The position numbers and the translations under genes are program-made. From Glycera tridactyla (taxonomy: Eukaryota), in NCBI GenBank assembly GCA_965644265.1, contig OZ286461.1, positions 66,154,001 to 66,218,000 of the forward strand: 64,000 bases of DNA. The letters run 5' to 3'. Positions 1 to 12,206 of the stretch are shown here, piece after piece. The notes beneath the pieces are model-generated. The model saw only the letters and a list, made by a program, of their open reading frames with translations, did not search any database and had not been told where the DNA came from. Within the stretch, counting starts at the first letter, position 1. Every line of letters starts with the position of its first letter.

Positions 1-1329
1 ACTCCAAATCCCCACTGCCGCCCCCACCCCCACACACATGTACACCTCAACCCCCAGGCCCCCTGAATTTGAAGAATGTAGGTGCAATATTGACTGAGTG
101 AGACTTCAAAGAAAAACTTGTACACAAAACTTTAACCAAAAAGTTTACGTTCTATGAAGTGATGACCGGACAGATGGACAGACGCAACCAAACAGACAGA
201 CCACCTGCATCATTACATAGACTCGCATTTTGCTTTGCATGCAAGCCAATAATGAAGAACTGGTACAATCATACTGGCAAAGGACATCATAATTCAATTA
301 ATCGATCAAAATCATAATTCTACCGAGAGAGAGACAATTCTGCACAACAATTACATGAAAAATAGTCGCATGATACAGGTCCGAGACAGTCTATTGATAA
401 ATAGCTTATATATTGAATTTCTGTCTCAATGTCAATGCAAATGCTATAGGTACCATAATAATTGTATCCTACAGGGGTATGAAATGTGTGATACAATTTC
501 AAAATCTGGCCTAGAATAGTTCCCTTCACAGTGGCGATATCTTGTATGAGGCTTTATGGACATTGTACAGTTTGAAATTTCTATACGTACATGCAATGAA
601 TAGCTGTTGGCTGGTTGGTATGCCTTTGATGACGAGTATCAATAAAGGCTTTAAGTAACTACCTATGGGTAGCCAATGGCTATAGAATTTACCCTCTGGG
701 TAACATAATTAAAAGGTAGTGGCCATGGCCCCTAATACTTTGAGGGGTTGTAACTTACAATGTATTAACTTAATGCCAACATTTGGCAATTACAACCAAA
801 ATATCAACTTCAGGGCCAGCTGGCTCCTAAATATCTCGGCCAATGTGGAGCTCTGTCAACCCATGGTAAAATGTAAAACCCAACATGCAATAGTCTTTAT
901 ACAGTGAACAACCTCTTCACAAAGGACACTTTTTCATACAATATATGGTGGTCTTTGTAAACAGGTCCAAATATATTCTGCATGTTCAAGATCTAGGTGG
1001 GCAGGATTATTTGTCCCCTGCAGGCATCACTCGTACACTTCTCGAACACAAGATAAGGAATGCCAACCTTTGATAACCAAAATTGGTAATGAAGCAAATT
1101 CTCAAGAGTGATGTATTTGCAATGATCAAAATAAAGATGATCAAGGATTTCTTAATTTTAGGTGTAAATTCTTTCCTTGAAAAGAGTAATCATTACTCCA
1201 AAATTGGAATGATTGGAATCACTACAAGATGATTGGTAGCCAGGATATTTGTTGAGAAGTAGCTGTGAGGTGCAACACACCTATACCTACATCTTTCATC
1301 AAAGATGGACCTACATGACACATGACATA

Positions 1330-1472
1330 CAGTCCATCCTCTCTATGAAAACCGCCTTCGGTCACATAAAAAGTGGTCTTTATAGAGAGGTCATTTCCTG
1401 TTGAAAATACTACCATGGTTGCAGCTCAGGGTGGCATTCATAGAGAGGTGATCTTTAGAGGAGGTTCGACTG
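1330..1472. mobile_element. pogo/Tigger-like MITE (TA-CAGT termini), taaagacc family
   Basis: TA|cagtc...gaggttcgactg|TA; related to 2434, 9848, 27556 and 31417 copies. Confidence 0.75.
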
Positions 1473-1701
1473 TAATTTCACTGGTTGGAAGCTGACGAAC
1501 TGAAGCCTGATATTATCACAGTTACCAGTACCTTCGAGTTAAGCTCACTGCAACCGTAATAAATCTGCACATAAGAAACTCTTCAAGTTTGCAAGAGATG
1601 TAGCACAGAAATGGGAAGCGATCCAGTAATATGCATTGGTCAATAAACTGATCGCCTTATCAGTGGATGCTTGAAATGGCCATACAATGAACACTAGAAG
1701 A

Positions 1702-1707
1702 TTTAAT
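1702..1707 (-). terminator. Possible polyadenylation signal ATTAAA for CHTF18
   Basis: About 400 nt downstream of the stop and followed by a GT-rich stretch; no AATAAA noticed nearer. Weak. Confidence 0.2.
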
Positions 1708-2110
1708 TTTCAAAATTTCATTCCTGCAATATTCAGCAGTGTATGTTTTGACAAAAGCACAGCTTGTTAACCATGATTTGACAGAGAAGGAAGACTTAAT
1801 TCTTCATGCAATGCACACACACACACACACACACATTTATCTGTAGTAAGCATAACACTGAGTACATAGTGCGTAATGACACAACTGAGGCAGTCCTAGG
1901 GGTAAGATTCAAATAACCTTCTTGTCTGCTTCAAAGCAAAAGTGCCAATGGTGGAAATACAACATTTTCTCGCAAACAATTTCACTGACATCCAGTGAAA
2001 TGAATCTGTATGAACACTAGATGCGGTATTTTGTACTGAACTAAGCCAAAATGCATATGAATATGATTCCTGTTAAATTGAAGTAGTCTCCAGGTGAGTC
2101 CCATCTTCCT

Positions 2111-2211
2111 CTATAGCAGGTCCTGGATGCGAACAGTCTTACGCACTGCATTGGTGTATCCCTCTTTGAAGCAGAACCATATATCCCCTCCAATGAGTTC
2201 TTTATTCTTTT
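2111..2211 (-). CDS. CHTF18: CHTF18 terminal coding exon (KNKELIGGDIWFCFKEGYTNAVRKTVRIQDLL*)
   Basis: Acceptor ttcttgttttgcAG, phase 1, TAG stop at 2111-2113. Peptide matches the recalled human C-terminus VWFRFNEGVSNAVRRSLYIRDLL (Dcc1/Ctf8-binding tail). The track ORF 2041-2241 is a different frame. Confidence 0.92.
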
Positions 2212-2433
2212 CTGCAAAACAAGAATATTGAAAAATTTCAAATTTGTGCATCCTTCAGTAAGCTTTCACAGAGTTCATAGAGAACATATAAATGCATGTC
2301 GAGTAACCACAGTTCATTATAGAATATCAGATGATTGTTTGTATTGACTGATCTCAGCCCATTGCAACTGTCAGAGCCTGGGGGTTCTGATCTTCCCAGT
2401 ACTGCTGTTAGCTATTTATGGGTGACAGACATA

Positions 2434-2579
2434 CAGATGAACCTCTCCATGAGGACTGCCTTTGGGCTTTTAAAGGGAGATGGTCTTTATAGAGATGTCA
2501 TTTACTGTTGAAAATAATACCACAGTCGCAGCTCAGGGTGGTGTTTATAAAGAAGTGGTCTTTAGAGGAGATTCGACTG
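2434..2579. mobile_element. pogo/Tigger-like MITE, degraded
   Basis: TA|cagatgaacc...ttcgactg|TA; same family as 1330. Confidence 0.65.
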
Positions 2580-5548
2580 TAATCTCAGCAAGGTGCAACT
2601 TTGCCTGTGATTGAATATTGTACCCTCCTCTCCTCTAGTGTCTTTAATGCAATTGCAGTGATACCGTGGCTGAAAATCCAACTTGCCGAGTATTCAGTAT
2701 CTGAGAAGATTGTCATTACTCATGAACAAATGAATTGCCACAATGAAGGGCTTTCAAGTTCAGCATATACAGTATCTGACATCATGGCAACGGTTGCACA
2801 TTGTGAGCTAGCGCCATGTCTCCTATGTACCTGATCATTCCTTTATATAAAGGAACATTTCTCATGAAAAGTTAATGGTGTAACTCTTTGAATTGTTGAT
2901 TATTTATTGCGAGATTGAAATTTTAGATCACCAAATTTCGAAAAATTGCATATTTTTGAGGATATGATGTGCAATATCATCAAGTTTATGAGGAAAAAAA
3001 AAAGTTACATGTTTCATAGGATATCTATTAAGACATCACACAGAATCAAGGGCAAATTATTCATGTGAATCTTCACAAGACATGGCACTAGTGAAATATA
3101 CTGAGTGATGGATTGTAATTTGTGGTTGTTATAGTCACCATGGCAACCATAGTGATAGTGATGGCATCAAAACATGCCTCATATGAAAGGCCATGTTCTT
3201 TCATCCATCTATACTTCCATTCATCGGGGGTCAGTGGCAAGTGTGTTTTTTCAATATTCAATATCAGGGCAGGTGTTGGATCCAATTCTGAAATCATCAT
3301 GATTTGCATCAACGACATGAGTTATGTTTTCATGTCACAGTGTTCACTCTCAGCTGCACCCCTGAGTCAAAGGACGCGATATTAGAGTGCATGACCCCTG
3401 CTCCATGACCCCTGCTCTATACATCGGTGGTCCAATACACTTTCTACTCTCTTCTCTGCATTGTTTACTTTACAAAAATGATCTTGAATGAGTAAATGTC
3501 GCTATGATATGAGTTATTATTCATGGGCATCCAAAGCCAGTGTCCCCTGTACCAATGGTGCTGTCCCCCATTTTGAAAGTACGGGTAAATGGGACAAATG
3601 TCCCCACTCAGACAAGAGTCAGAGTGAATACTGCATGATACCTATCCAATGAATGCAACTGCAGCTTTTCCACATTTGGGTCAAGTGTGAAAGACGCTGA
3701 CACCACACCATGTGGGACCAATATCTGAAAATTCGCAGTTTGCTACATTCTAGGCTGCCAATACTGAATTGAATAGACCGACCTCTTCATCACCAGTTTC
3801 TTGGACAAACAAAATTTCCTAAATCAATGAGATGAGTGGTTGAGGTCGGACATAAACTTTTGATGATTGAGAAGAGTAATATTTGGCATCTGACATTTGG
3901 AGGATAGGTCAATGAGTTTTGGGGGTGGGGGAGGGGCAAGAGTCCATCTGGTTAGTTACTATGGTTCAGTACACCTCTCTTTCCATTTCTCTTAGTTTCA
4001 GTTATTCAGCGAGAAGATAATGGAATCATATTTTCTGCATCACTTCCAGCCGACTACCTCTGGAGACTTTCTTCTGTTCCGGGCCATTAATCTCGCGTCC
4101 ACTACATTACTGATGACCAGTCGACACCGGTGGCAGCACACGTGTATCATAAACACAAGGTATTTGCACAAGACGTCCATTAATTTCATTGTGACGATGT
4201 CTGTTATCCTTGGCCCAGTAAGTCGAGCCTCCCACAAGATGCGAATCACTTTATTAGATAGTTAGCTTCAAGCCGAGTGTTGACGTAACCTTTGTTAGAA
4301 TCACACGATCCATGTGTGCCTGCACCTGACACCAGATGTCAGGTTGGGGCTAATTTCACTGATGCGGCTTGGAGCCCCCCTCCACATGGTCTCCAGACAA
4401 TCAGTGAAGTGGCAGGTGTGAGTGGGACAGGAGTCAATATTCCTTTAATCTTGGCTGGGTCGTCAGGTCTACCTTCTTGAGGGGGTTTGAAATTTGAGGT
4501 GCCCGAAACCCCTACCTGGTATTTCACTGATGACCTGCCCAACTCAGCTATGGTTGTTCATGGTTCTGCTGATGTGGTCATGTGCTGGACAGGTAAGCAG
4601 TGTTCGCTCCGACTCCTGCCTGAGCGGGGACATTTGTCTCATCAACTTCCAAAAGAAGGGACAACACCACTGGAACAGGGGACACTCACTTCGTAGCTCA
4701 CTTAAAAGCATGTATCAAAGCGACACAATGTATTGATGATTGATTTTGTGAAGAAAACAATGCAGAGAAGGTATCAGCAGGAGTAGAAGGTGTTATGAAG
4801 ACAAGGGTCAGTGCTGTAAGTACTTTACTGGGTTGTCAGAGCTCTCTTACTGAGTCAACATCCTACCAGCCTGACTGGGTGTCAAATTGGACACTGGGCG
4901 CACCAGTAGATACAAAAGGGGTCATACACTCCTAAGGATGAATGAGGCAATTTTTTGAAAATTTGCCACATCCTTGAAATTTCATATGATTATTTCTAGT
5001 GAGGTATAGATCAGATTTCCTGAAAAAAAAGTTGGGGTCACCAGGCTCGTTTTTCGGCAGTAGCTATTTATATAATTGTTGAAATATTGAGAAACTGCAA
5101 AAAATGCCAAGATACAGTTTCATCAAGAAACATTACATAAACACCATATTTGAATGAATCATCACAGCGATGGTCGCTGCTTGCTAATTCGAGGTCATCT
5201 GATTATTAGGTATTTTGACAGAAATGACTGGTCATTCGAAAGAGGTGATGACTGTCCCTCATCAGGTGGTCACTCGTGACAGGTTCGACTGTATTCCAAA
5301 AAGTCTGTTCCCATCTCTCTTTTTTTCCCTCCTTTACACAATGCCGCCCTCTCCACACTTCATTGAGTAATGAATAGATACTACATAAATTCACAATGAA
5401 TGCTTGGTTGGTAATACTACCTCTCTGCCAGGAAGTAAAAGCAGGAAAGGAGATCAATGCCACTAAGCGCCAATCCCAAGATCAGGCGTAATCTAGCACT
5501 TTCTGTCATATAAGCAGCTGCCATTTCATCACTAAGATATCCACTTAC

Positions 5549-5599
5549 TTTTTTCATTTAAGAATCCCAAACCTTCATGGTAATGAGTTGTAATTGACT
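5549..5599 (-). CDS. CHTF18: Candidate 51-nt symmetric (phase 1-1) cassette exon of CHTF18 (SITTHYHEGLGFLNEK)
   Basis: cacttcAG acceptor and perfect GTAAGT donor; stop-free in the CHTF18 frame; length divisible by 3. Weak pyrimidine tract and no homology support. Confidence 0.4.
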
Positions 5600-5615
5600 C
5601 TGAAGTGTTTTAATA

Positions 5616-5792
5616 CAGTGAAACCTGCTCGAGAGTAAACCTGCGCTAGGCAAAATCCTGTCTTAAGCACATACCCCACAATCGGCCCGGCTGTTTTTTT
5701 CTCACTATAATTGTCCTGCGCTAAGCAAAATCCTGTCTTAAGTGAAAGAAAAATTTGGTCCCGTGACTTTTCACTTAAGACAGGTTTCACTG
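5616..5792 (+). mobile_element. pogo/Tigger-like MITE (cttaag family)
   Basis: TA|cagtgaaacc...ggtttcactg|TA; reverse-complement copy at 26766-26942. Confidence 0.8.
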
Positions 5793-5961
5793 TATGACGT
5801 CAAAGCATGTCTGAACACCAATGTCCTAAAATAACCCTTTTTTCACATGTCCCGTGTAACGCCGAAATCAAGAAAGCGTCACTTAGAAGACCATATCTTC
5901 CCAGATTATTGAGATATTGTCACATAATATAATATCACATAATTGACACATAACATCAATA

Positions 5962-6138
5962 CAGTCAAACTTGTCCTAAGCAAGACTTGCACTAGGCAGG
6001 AACTTGTCTGAAGCAACAGGTTTTTGTTCTACCCGTGGAGTATATTTCACTATAATTGACCTGTCCTAATCATGAACTTGCTCTAAGCACACAGTATTCT
6101 CACTTCCCAATGCTTCATGCTTAGGACAAGTTCGACTG
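5962..6138. mobile_element. pogo/Tigger-like MITE
   Basis: TA|cagtcaaacttgtcctaagc...gcttaggacaagttcgactg|TA. Confidence 0.75.
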
Positions 6139-6944
6139 TAATATAATCTAGGTGATTGCAGAAGGATTTTCCGTATGCTGAGAATGCTGTGGATGTGGGG
6201 TACACTGATGCTCATCCCAAAAAAATGTGTCCCGTTTTTCGCCTGGAATAGTTTTATGAAATTTGGATGAAAATTCTGTAAAGTTTCAGATATTCAGAGG
6301 GCTAATTGCTTGATAATTCTCTGGTCCAGGGTCTTGGTAATGTAAATCAATTGAAGTTTGATGACTTTATCCACCAGTATGTATACAGCACGGAGAAGAA
6401 AAGTGTGACACGAAATGTGCGGTGATGAATTTTGGAGACTCATAAACTATTTCATAAAGTTCAAGTTTTTTTTCTAGCTGTTCCCTAGGTGAACAACATG
6501 CTTTTTCCTTTAAGTGAAAAGTGTGACATAGAATGTCCGGTCACACATATTCCATTATCTAATACTTGTAATAATGGCGAAAACTGCAGATAAACCAACT
6601 CTAGAACAGCAGGAAGATGTCATGGGTTGTTTGTGATGAAAATCATGGTCAGGGGTCTCAGAACATAAACATCGTGCATTGTGACGAGGTATGCTAGATT
6701 CCTGTAGTGAAAGTCTATTTTTCAGATAATATTTTCAATGAATTTCTAAAATTCATGCTTCAGTTTTTAATATTAATTGATATCTAGATGTATGGAGATA
6801 TTGTTAAGCTTCAAATCACTTTTTATTTCATGAAAATCAGAGAAGTTTCAAGGAAGATATTGCAAATTTCATGCAACAGGGTTGGTCTGGTTTGATGAAA
6901 GCAGATGTTACACTGTGTGACGCCTGATCTTGGCGTAAGGTGCT

Positions 6945-7240
6945 GTGAGTGTGGCTAATTTCGAGGCTGTAGTTGTCAATTTGTTTTTCCTTCTTTCAGT
7001 CAATAACAAAAATGTTAAAATTATACAACCATAACAGATGCTAACATTTCTATCTAACATCACATTTGGCAATCTGTTCTGCGTAGGACACGAGTGTGCT
7101 GCAAATGTGGCTAATTCAGATAATGGAGTTGTCAAGTTTTCCCCCGTATTTTCGGCATTAATAATAATGCAAAATTATACAAATATAACATAAGCTACCC
7201 TGTCTCCAACATCACATTTGGCATTCTGTCCTTTATTCAG
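6945..7240. repeat. Old ~150-bp tandem duplication
   Basis: tgtggctaatt..gttgtcaa..aaaattataca..aacatcacatttggca occurs twice. Confidence 0.6.
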
Positions 7241-7249
7241 GATTCGCCA

Positions 7250-7760
7250 CTATTATGTTCGCGGTGGTATTTCCAAGTTGATAAAATGTGGGAATAACAC
7301 TGGAAATTGCGAGCGAGGGCAATGTAGGCCATCTTGTTGCACTGTCACGGCCAATCGTGCCGGCCTACCAAGTCAGAGGTCAGCGTCAGCCACCTGCCCA
7401 CTTTTACATCCAAGGTGCACAATTTAATTTTAGCGCCGGCGTAATCTACTTGTACAAGACAATGAGCACAGCTTGAGACTTGGCTCCTCGCTAATTGAGT
7501 TAACAGACAATTAAATTAGCTCGCCGCATCGGCCCGCGCCCGCACCGCGCCAGTCACAAACAGTTGGTATTTGATGGCGAGTTGTAACCCTGGCGCTTGC
7601 GCTACGACGTTTTGATATATCTAATTTATCCCCTGCCAGACACTGATGACATTAAATAGAAGCGTTTGTGCCCTGTGCAGAGATGCGTCCCATCAAATAT
7701 TTACGCCAGTCATGATCACATTAGCGACAAGTCCATTTTCTAATTTGTACGCTCAGTGAA
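7250..7760. promoter_or_regulatory. Putative enhancer-like island
   Basis: No recognisable repeat, CpG-rich, clustered TAAT/ATTA and ACAAT sites, no ORF. Confidence 0.3.
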
Positions 7761-8005
7761 TCATTCAGGCTTCTCAATCTAGACTGACTTGTCTCTACTT
7801 GTCACTCATTCCTATGCCCAACTTGTCTCTGTTCACGTGCACCTATTTTGTTATAGTTTCAAGAGATAATTGAAAATGTATAGAAATGAAGAAATGTATA
7901 GAATGAACCTACTTTTCACTCATTCCTACGCCAAAAATCATCTCTGTTATTTAGTTATATCCACAGCAGCAAATTGAAATTGTGCTTCTATCATATACAA
8001 AACAA

Positions 8006-8910
8006 GTCATTACTTTGTGTAAGTTTGGTGCATATCCATCAGAGCTGGCTTGAGTTAGAGTGTAAAATGAGGAAATCTATAAATAGCTCCTGTGACCTTG
8101 ACCTTTGACCTAGGGTCACACGCATCGGAAGGGAGGTGGCCTACCATGAGGTCATTACTTTACGTGACTTTGATGCATATCCATTCAGGCTAACTTGAGT
8201 TAGAGTGTGAAAAAAGAAAATTTATAAATAGCTTCTGTGACCTTGACCTTTGACCTGGGGTCACATGCATTGAAAAGGAGGTGGCCTACCATTAAGTCAT
8301 TACTTTGTGTAAGTTTGGTGCATATCCATCAAAGCTCGCTTGAGTTAGAGTGTAAAATGGGGAAATCTATAAATAGCTCCTGTGACCTTGACCTTCAACC
8401 TGGGGTCACATGCATCGAAAGGGAGGTGGCCTACCATTAAGTCATTACTTTGTGTAAGTTTGGTGCATATCCATCTAAGCTCGCTTGAGTTAGAGTGTAA
8501 AATGGGAAAATCTATAGATAGCTCCTGTGACCTTGACCTTTGACCTAGGGTCACATGCATCGAAAGGGAGGTGGCCCAACATCGGGTCATTACTTTATGT
8601 AAGTTTGGTGCATATCCATTGAGGCTAACTTGAGTTAGAGTGTAAAATAAGAAAATCTATAAATAGCTCCTGTGACCTTGACCTCTGACCTTTGGGTACA
8701 AAAATCAAATTCTCGAATACGATTTTTTCATAGATCACAGTTATGAAGTTTTATGAAAATTGGACCAGCCAATTCAAAGTTATTGCATGAAATGTGAGCG
8801 GACGGACGGACGGACGGTCGTACGTACGTACGTATGTACGTACGTACGTACGTACGGACGCCGGAGGTGAAACTATTATACCCCGCTTTTTCAAAAGCGG
8901 GGTATAAAAA
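8006..8910 (+). mobile_element. Helentron/pearl-type non-autonomous element with ~4.7 x 145-bp internal satellite
   Basis: gtcattactt recurs at 8006, 8151, 8296, 8441, 8586; tgaccttgacctttgacc motif; (GGAC)n(GTAC)n; 15-bp-stem 3' hairpin 8876-8907. Confidence 0.8.
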
Positions 8911-8927
8911 TGTATAGTATGAAACTA

Positions 8928-9073
8928 CAGTGAAACCTGCAATGAGAGGCCACCTTAAATGTAACAAAAAAGCGGTCTCTCAAAAGAGGTGGTATCTCGT
9001 CAGAGGTACATTTGACTATGTCAAATACAAAAATTGCCCTGAAAATAGCGGTCTCTTGTCGAAGGTCTCACTG
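8928..9073. mobile_element. pogo/Tigger-like MITE (gagacc family)
   Basis: TA|cagtgaaacc...tctcactg|TA. Confidence 0.7.
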
Positions 9074-9747
9074 TATGTTTGAAAATACACCAATGGAATT
9101 TACAGATTACATTCTGAGATATCATTTGATTTCTTGTGGATGTTAACCTGGATCTCTAGCATGGCACCAACCGCCTATAGTGAACGAGCAAGCTGTCTTG
9201 TGTGCTGAGCTATGCAGACTGCTTTGTTGAAGCAGTTACACACTCTGCCGGGAGCACACGCCACTCCTCACACTTACCACCACAGTTGACCATCAGCTCA
9301 TACTCTTGTTCAAGCCGTTTGTGAAATGTTCTCGAGATGGGAGAAGATCAGAATGAAACCATGTTTCCAAATACACCAATGTATAGATAGTAAACTCTTC
9401 ATACATATTTCCTGCCACATACAAATTTCAATAAGGATTTAAGCATTCTAGGTTTAGTGATTTTGACTAAAGCATTTGAAAGTGTAGTATCTGTCATGCA
9501 ATAACAAAATTTGGCTTCAGAAAGTGTAATCATCACTCCGAAATCCCACCGGTTGGCATCTCTTGGTGACAATAATATATATTTGAAGTAGTGCTTGGCC
9601 TTGCTTGCAGAGAGTGATTATAGTCTCTGTATATTTGTCCCGCCTACTTTCAAAATTATGGACAGCAGCCTCGGACACGGGACACCGCATTCAGATTGCT
9701 CAAATCAGTAGATTATACCTCAGCTTCATTTTCAAAGAGAATGAATA

Positions 9748-10072
9748 CAGTGAAACCCGAGACTAGAGACCCTGTGACGAGAGACCACCACCAATGGAAG
9801 ATCGTTTTTTTCCAGAGCACCGTTCTTGTTTGACTATGTCAAACATACAGTCGAACCTCCGCTAAAGACCACCTCCCTATAAAGACTACCCTCAACTGCG
9901 ACCTTCAAAGTATTTTCAACAGTAAATGACCTCTCTATAAAGACCACCTCCCTATAAAGGCCACTTTTTTTATGCGACCGAAGGCGGTCTTTATAGGAGG
10001 TTCGACTGTAGATCTTCTGAGAGACTGCTATTTGGTGACATTTAGGACAGTCTTTCATCGCAGGTTACACTG
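9748..10072. mobile_element. Outer pogo/Tigger-like MITE interrupted by a nested MITE
   Basis: TA|cagtgaaacc...ggttacactg|TA with a second element at an internal TA. Confidence 0.75.
9848..10008 (-). mobile_element. Inner MITE (taaagacc family), reverse orientation to 27556 and 31417
   Basis: TA|cagtcgaacctc...gaggttcgactg|TA. Confidence 0.8.
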
Positions 10073-10400
10073 TAGAATGAAGATAAGTTTTGTGCTAAAA
10101 TCCATGCAGAGGAGGTCATATTTGGAATAGGAAATTCACGACTGAGGATGGGTTAATGCTATAAGCACCTTAGCCGATGGTCAGAGCTCTCATATTGAGG
10201 TCAAAGTCAACATTCTACCTGCCTGACTGGCACTGAGATTGCTGACTCCTGCTGCAGCAATCATGCAAAATGAGTCATCCACCCTAATATTGGGACATTT
10301 GGCACAGTGGCACAGCCGACAACTAACACCGTATGGGTTCATCATGGTCATGGATGGATGTATATTTTTTTTCTTTATCAATTTGAAAGAAACCACTTAC

Positions 10401-10467
10401 CAATTTTCTCTTGTTTTTTCTTCTGAACAGATTTGCTGATTGGCCGTCCGAAAAAGTCAACAACTTG
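10401..10467 (-). CDS. CHTF18: CHTF18 internal exon (67 nt; QVVDFFGRPISKSVQKKKQEKI)
   Basis: Strong acceptor ttctttttttgcttctttgattgcAG, donor G|GTAAGT; encodes the conserved Ctf18 DFFGR motif; phase 0 to phase 1. Confidence 0.92.
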
Positions 10468-10954
10468 CTGCAATCAAAGAAGCAAAAAAAGAATCAGTCA
10501 TCTTACTTTCAATCACATGTGAAGATGAACATAGCCTTCACTGAAGGCGGACCTCGCCTTGGCGAAGCCACACAACACGCCGCTTCAAGAAAGGCATTTA
10601 TATCTAAAGTTTACACAAACAAAACAGTGCTGCTTCTTTGATGGGTGCATACAGTTCCTGATTGCATAGGAAGACCCAATACATAATTATGCTTGGAAAG
10701 GTACTTTTCCTCAAAAAATCTTTTTGAAAAAGTAAATTTCTCTAAAATAACAGTACAGGGCTCTACGCTAGTGGTTGCCCTACTGGCACAGGCAGGCAGG
10801 TGATTTTATCAATCTGCCTGCCCGATGGACAGGTACCCAATCCTCATTTGGGCTATGATTATATGCAGGAAGGCAGGTGAAAATGACAGGGAGGGCAGGT
10901 AAAAATCCTACTTCATCTGCCCGAATGACAACTGAAGAAAAAAGTTAACGGAAA

Positions 10955-11590
10955 GCTATGAATTGCATCCACGCCAAGTTTTGTGTGGCTATGAACAGCC
11001 ACCATCTTCAAAAAGATCCATATCTGAAAGATCAATTTTCACCCCAAAACCAACCAGGCCCTCTGGGAGACCCCAACCATGGCTGGCATTCGTTAGGAAA
11101 TGCTATGAATTGCATCCATGCCAAGTTTGGTGTGGCTATGAACAGCCACCATCTTTAGAAAAATCCATTTCTGAAAAAAAAAAACAATTTTCACCCCAAG
11201 ACCAACCAGGCCTTTTAGGAGACCCCATCTATGGCTGGCATAACAGCCACCATCAATAGAAAAATCCATTTCTGAAAAACCAATTTTCACCCCAAAACCA
11301 ACCAGGCCTTTTGGGAGATCCCATCTATGGCTGGCATTCATCAGGGAATGCTATGAATTAAATCCACGCCAAGTATGGTGTGGCTGTACACAGCCACCAG
11401 CTTTGGAAAAATCCATTTCTGAAAAAACAATTTTCACCCCAAAACCAACCAGGCCCTTTGGGAGACCCCATCTACGGCTGGCATTCATCAGGAGATGCAA
11501 TAAAATGCATCCTTGTTGAGTTTGGTGTTCCCGGGACTCAAAAATCACTGAAATTGTCAGAGTCCAGTCATTTAAAAAAAGTGAGGTTTT
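10955..11590 (+). repeat. Satellite family J (146-bp unit plus truncated ~87-bp units); dispersed pieces at 31305-31410, 48690-49030, 59790-60420, 60660-60880 (minus)
   Basis: gctatgaattgcatcc at 10956 and 11102; recurring ttttcaccccaaaaccaaccaggcc. Confidence 0.8.
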
Positions 11591-11619
11591 ATCCCAAACT
11601 TCGATACATCAGACGACTG

Positions 11620-12206
11620 GCATGCATATGGCTGTGGTGATGGTTGGATGTCCCCCCCCTCCCCCCCGCGAATACACTGGAGCATGTGTACATCAAATCA
11701 CAATCACAACCCTGAACTGAAATACTGAAGCTGTGAAGGGTAAACATCCCCTGTAACACAATGGATATGTATGCATGAAAACTGGTGATGGTAGGGGCCA
11801 TGGTTGTGGAGCCAACAAAAACTTTGACGTGAAGTTCATATCCTCAAAAATATGCATTTTTCACCCAAAAATATGATAAAAAACTGGGATGATGCTGAAA
11901 GAATGAATGGACACCTTTCCCAATACTTGGGAGAATGTGTCTATGGAATCTGGTGGTGGTAGGGGCCTTAGTTGCTGAGCTACAGACTTCGATGAAAAAC
12001 TTTGACGTAAAACTTTGACTTAGTGCTCTCTCAATATCATTCCTGATGTATTATAGCCCATGTGCAAAAGATCTGATGATGGTAGAAGGGTTAAAAAAAA
12101 ATTTTGACATGAAATCTTGCAAAAAAAAAATTTGACGTAAAACATTTTAAGAGTGCGGACGCCGAGGACAATACCTCTCTTCAACTTCGTTGAGGCGAGG
12201 TAAAAA
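11620..12206 (+). mobile_element. Helentron-type element
   Basis: Internal repeated ggtgatggtaggggcc/actttgacg units; 3' hairpin tacctctcttcaacttcgttgaggcgaggta. Confidence 0.6.

Noticed and set aside
1527-1565. 33-nt AG/GT-bounded segment on minus strand
   Set aside because: Downstream of the CHTF18 stop, weak donor (GTACTG).
3088-3318. Exon-like ORF ELDPTPALILNIEK...
   Set aside because: No donor site, no Ctf18 similarity, contains repeat-like gttgccatgg motifs.
4040-4250. R4/NeSL-type LINE remnant (SHLVGG...RHRHNEI; ILWE...DIV)
   Set aside because: The two motif-like strings are in overlapping frames of the same DNA and the key Cys is missing; likely coincidence.
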